A stretch of DNA of 64,000 nt. Source: Kudoa neothunni. Lineage: Eukaryota > Animalia > Cnidaria. This document shows, piece by piece, positions 63,008 to 64,000 of the stretch (within the stretch, counting starts at the first letter, position 1; every line of letters starts with the position of its first letter). The translations under genes and the position numbers were made by a program. The DNA lies in NCBI GenBank assembly GCA_964304625.1, contig OZ199840.1, positions 2,086,532-2,150,531 on the forward strand, written 5' to 3'. The notes below the pieces were generated by a model that saw only the letters and a program-made list of their open reading frames with translations, ran no database searches and was not told where the DNA came from.

Positions 63008-64000
63008 CAGTCGGACCTGGATATAGCGAGATTTTGATTGCAACGTTTATTTTAAGACATAGGGAATAGTTTGAATTCTTTTTCTGTATTAAGCGGTATT
63101 CATAATTTAAACTAAAGAATTTGGTTGAATAAATTTTTTTCTAGCTATGCAATATCTCGTTATAGCAAGCTTCCTTCATATAGCGAAGTTTCTAGATAAT
63201 TCGAAAGCATTTATGGTTTAAAAACCCATTATTATAGAATTTTCATGATCAAATAAGGGAATTAGAGGAATAGAGGCCGAAACAATAAATAATTTCATCT
63301 ACATGATAATTGCGTCAGTTTTAAAATTCGTGTGAGAATTTTTAGATCGATCATCGTTGGGCACAACACCCCTGTAAAATGAGCACAATATTATTAATTC
63401 CGATATTTCTTAAAATAGAAAAAGATTGTCATCTGGAAAATTTATGCTGCCTCTCGCCAATATAATTTTTATTTTTCCCAAAAGATACCATTAGCTGTAT
63501 GCAGCTAATGGATGTTGGAATAATACACCACTTAGAATTCCGTTATCAAAGTACCCCTTGTCGAGACATTCCACCATATGAAGAGAGCTGCGGACCAAAA
63601 TTTACATTATTAGACCATATCAGAACCCCTGAAAAATCTGTGGATAAAGTTTCTTCCTCAACCATCATTAATTGTTTAATTAAGTCAAAAATATTTAACA
63701 AGGATATTCATGCTATTTAAATTTTCCTTAAAATCATTTAGAACAAAAACCCCATTTCGAAAATGTTGCACACGACGAAGGTAACATTCAAGGAATATTT
63801 TATATTTACTTTAAAATTTAGTTGAAAACGACATCTTTAAGATAAATATACTCGAACATTACATTTTAATGTGATGAAGAAGAATGTTTAGCATTGCCTA
63901 AAAAAGTGTATTAAGGAATGAGGAAGAAGTAACTAAAGCACTGACTATTAATGATATTGAGATGAAACTTATGCGCGGAGAATAGGATTTATGCAAAGCG
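63008..64000 (+). mobile_element. Degenerate pogo/Tigger-like element
   Basis: TA|CAGTCGGACCTGGATATAGCGA terminus; LFFPKDTISCMQLMDVGII (like FLPPNTTS.LQPMDQGII). Confidence 0.6.

Overview
AT-rich eukaryotic (animal-like) genomic DNA with very short, about 38-47 nt, GT-AG introns. A compact-intron parasite such as a myxozoan is a plausible source (inference only). Host genes: UBE2G1 (+), a divergently transcribed 56-aa gene resembling the serine palmitoyltransferase small subunit that is missing from the ORF track (-), a highly diverged SLC3A/4F2hc-like type II membrane protein (+), NAT10/KRE33 (-), and two about 99% identical inverted copies of an ADAM/reprolysin metalloprotease that lacks a transmembrane segment. 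Much of the rest is transposons, many nested: a near-intact Mag-like Ty3/gypsy element, a deleted second gypsy, several piggyBac elements, two hAT, several Merlin/IS1595, Tc1/IS630, MULE, pogo-like relics and a non-autonomous Helitron-like family. The most striking structure is a 3.7-kb inverted duplication of the ADAM gene flanking a 28-kb segment. Its junctions fit a staggered-break or template-switch inversion with both breakpoints at Helitron-like 3' termini. All alignments were done by eye.
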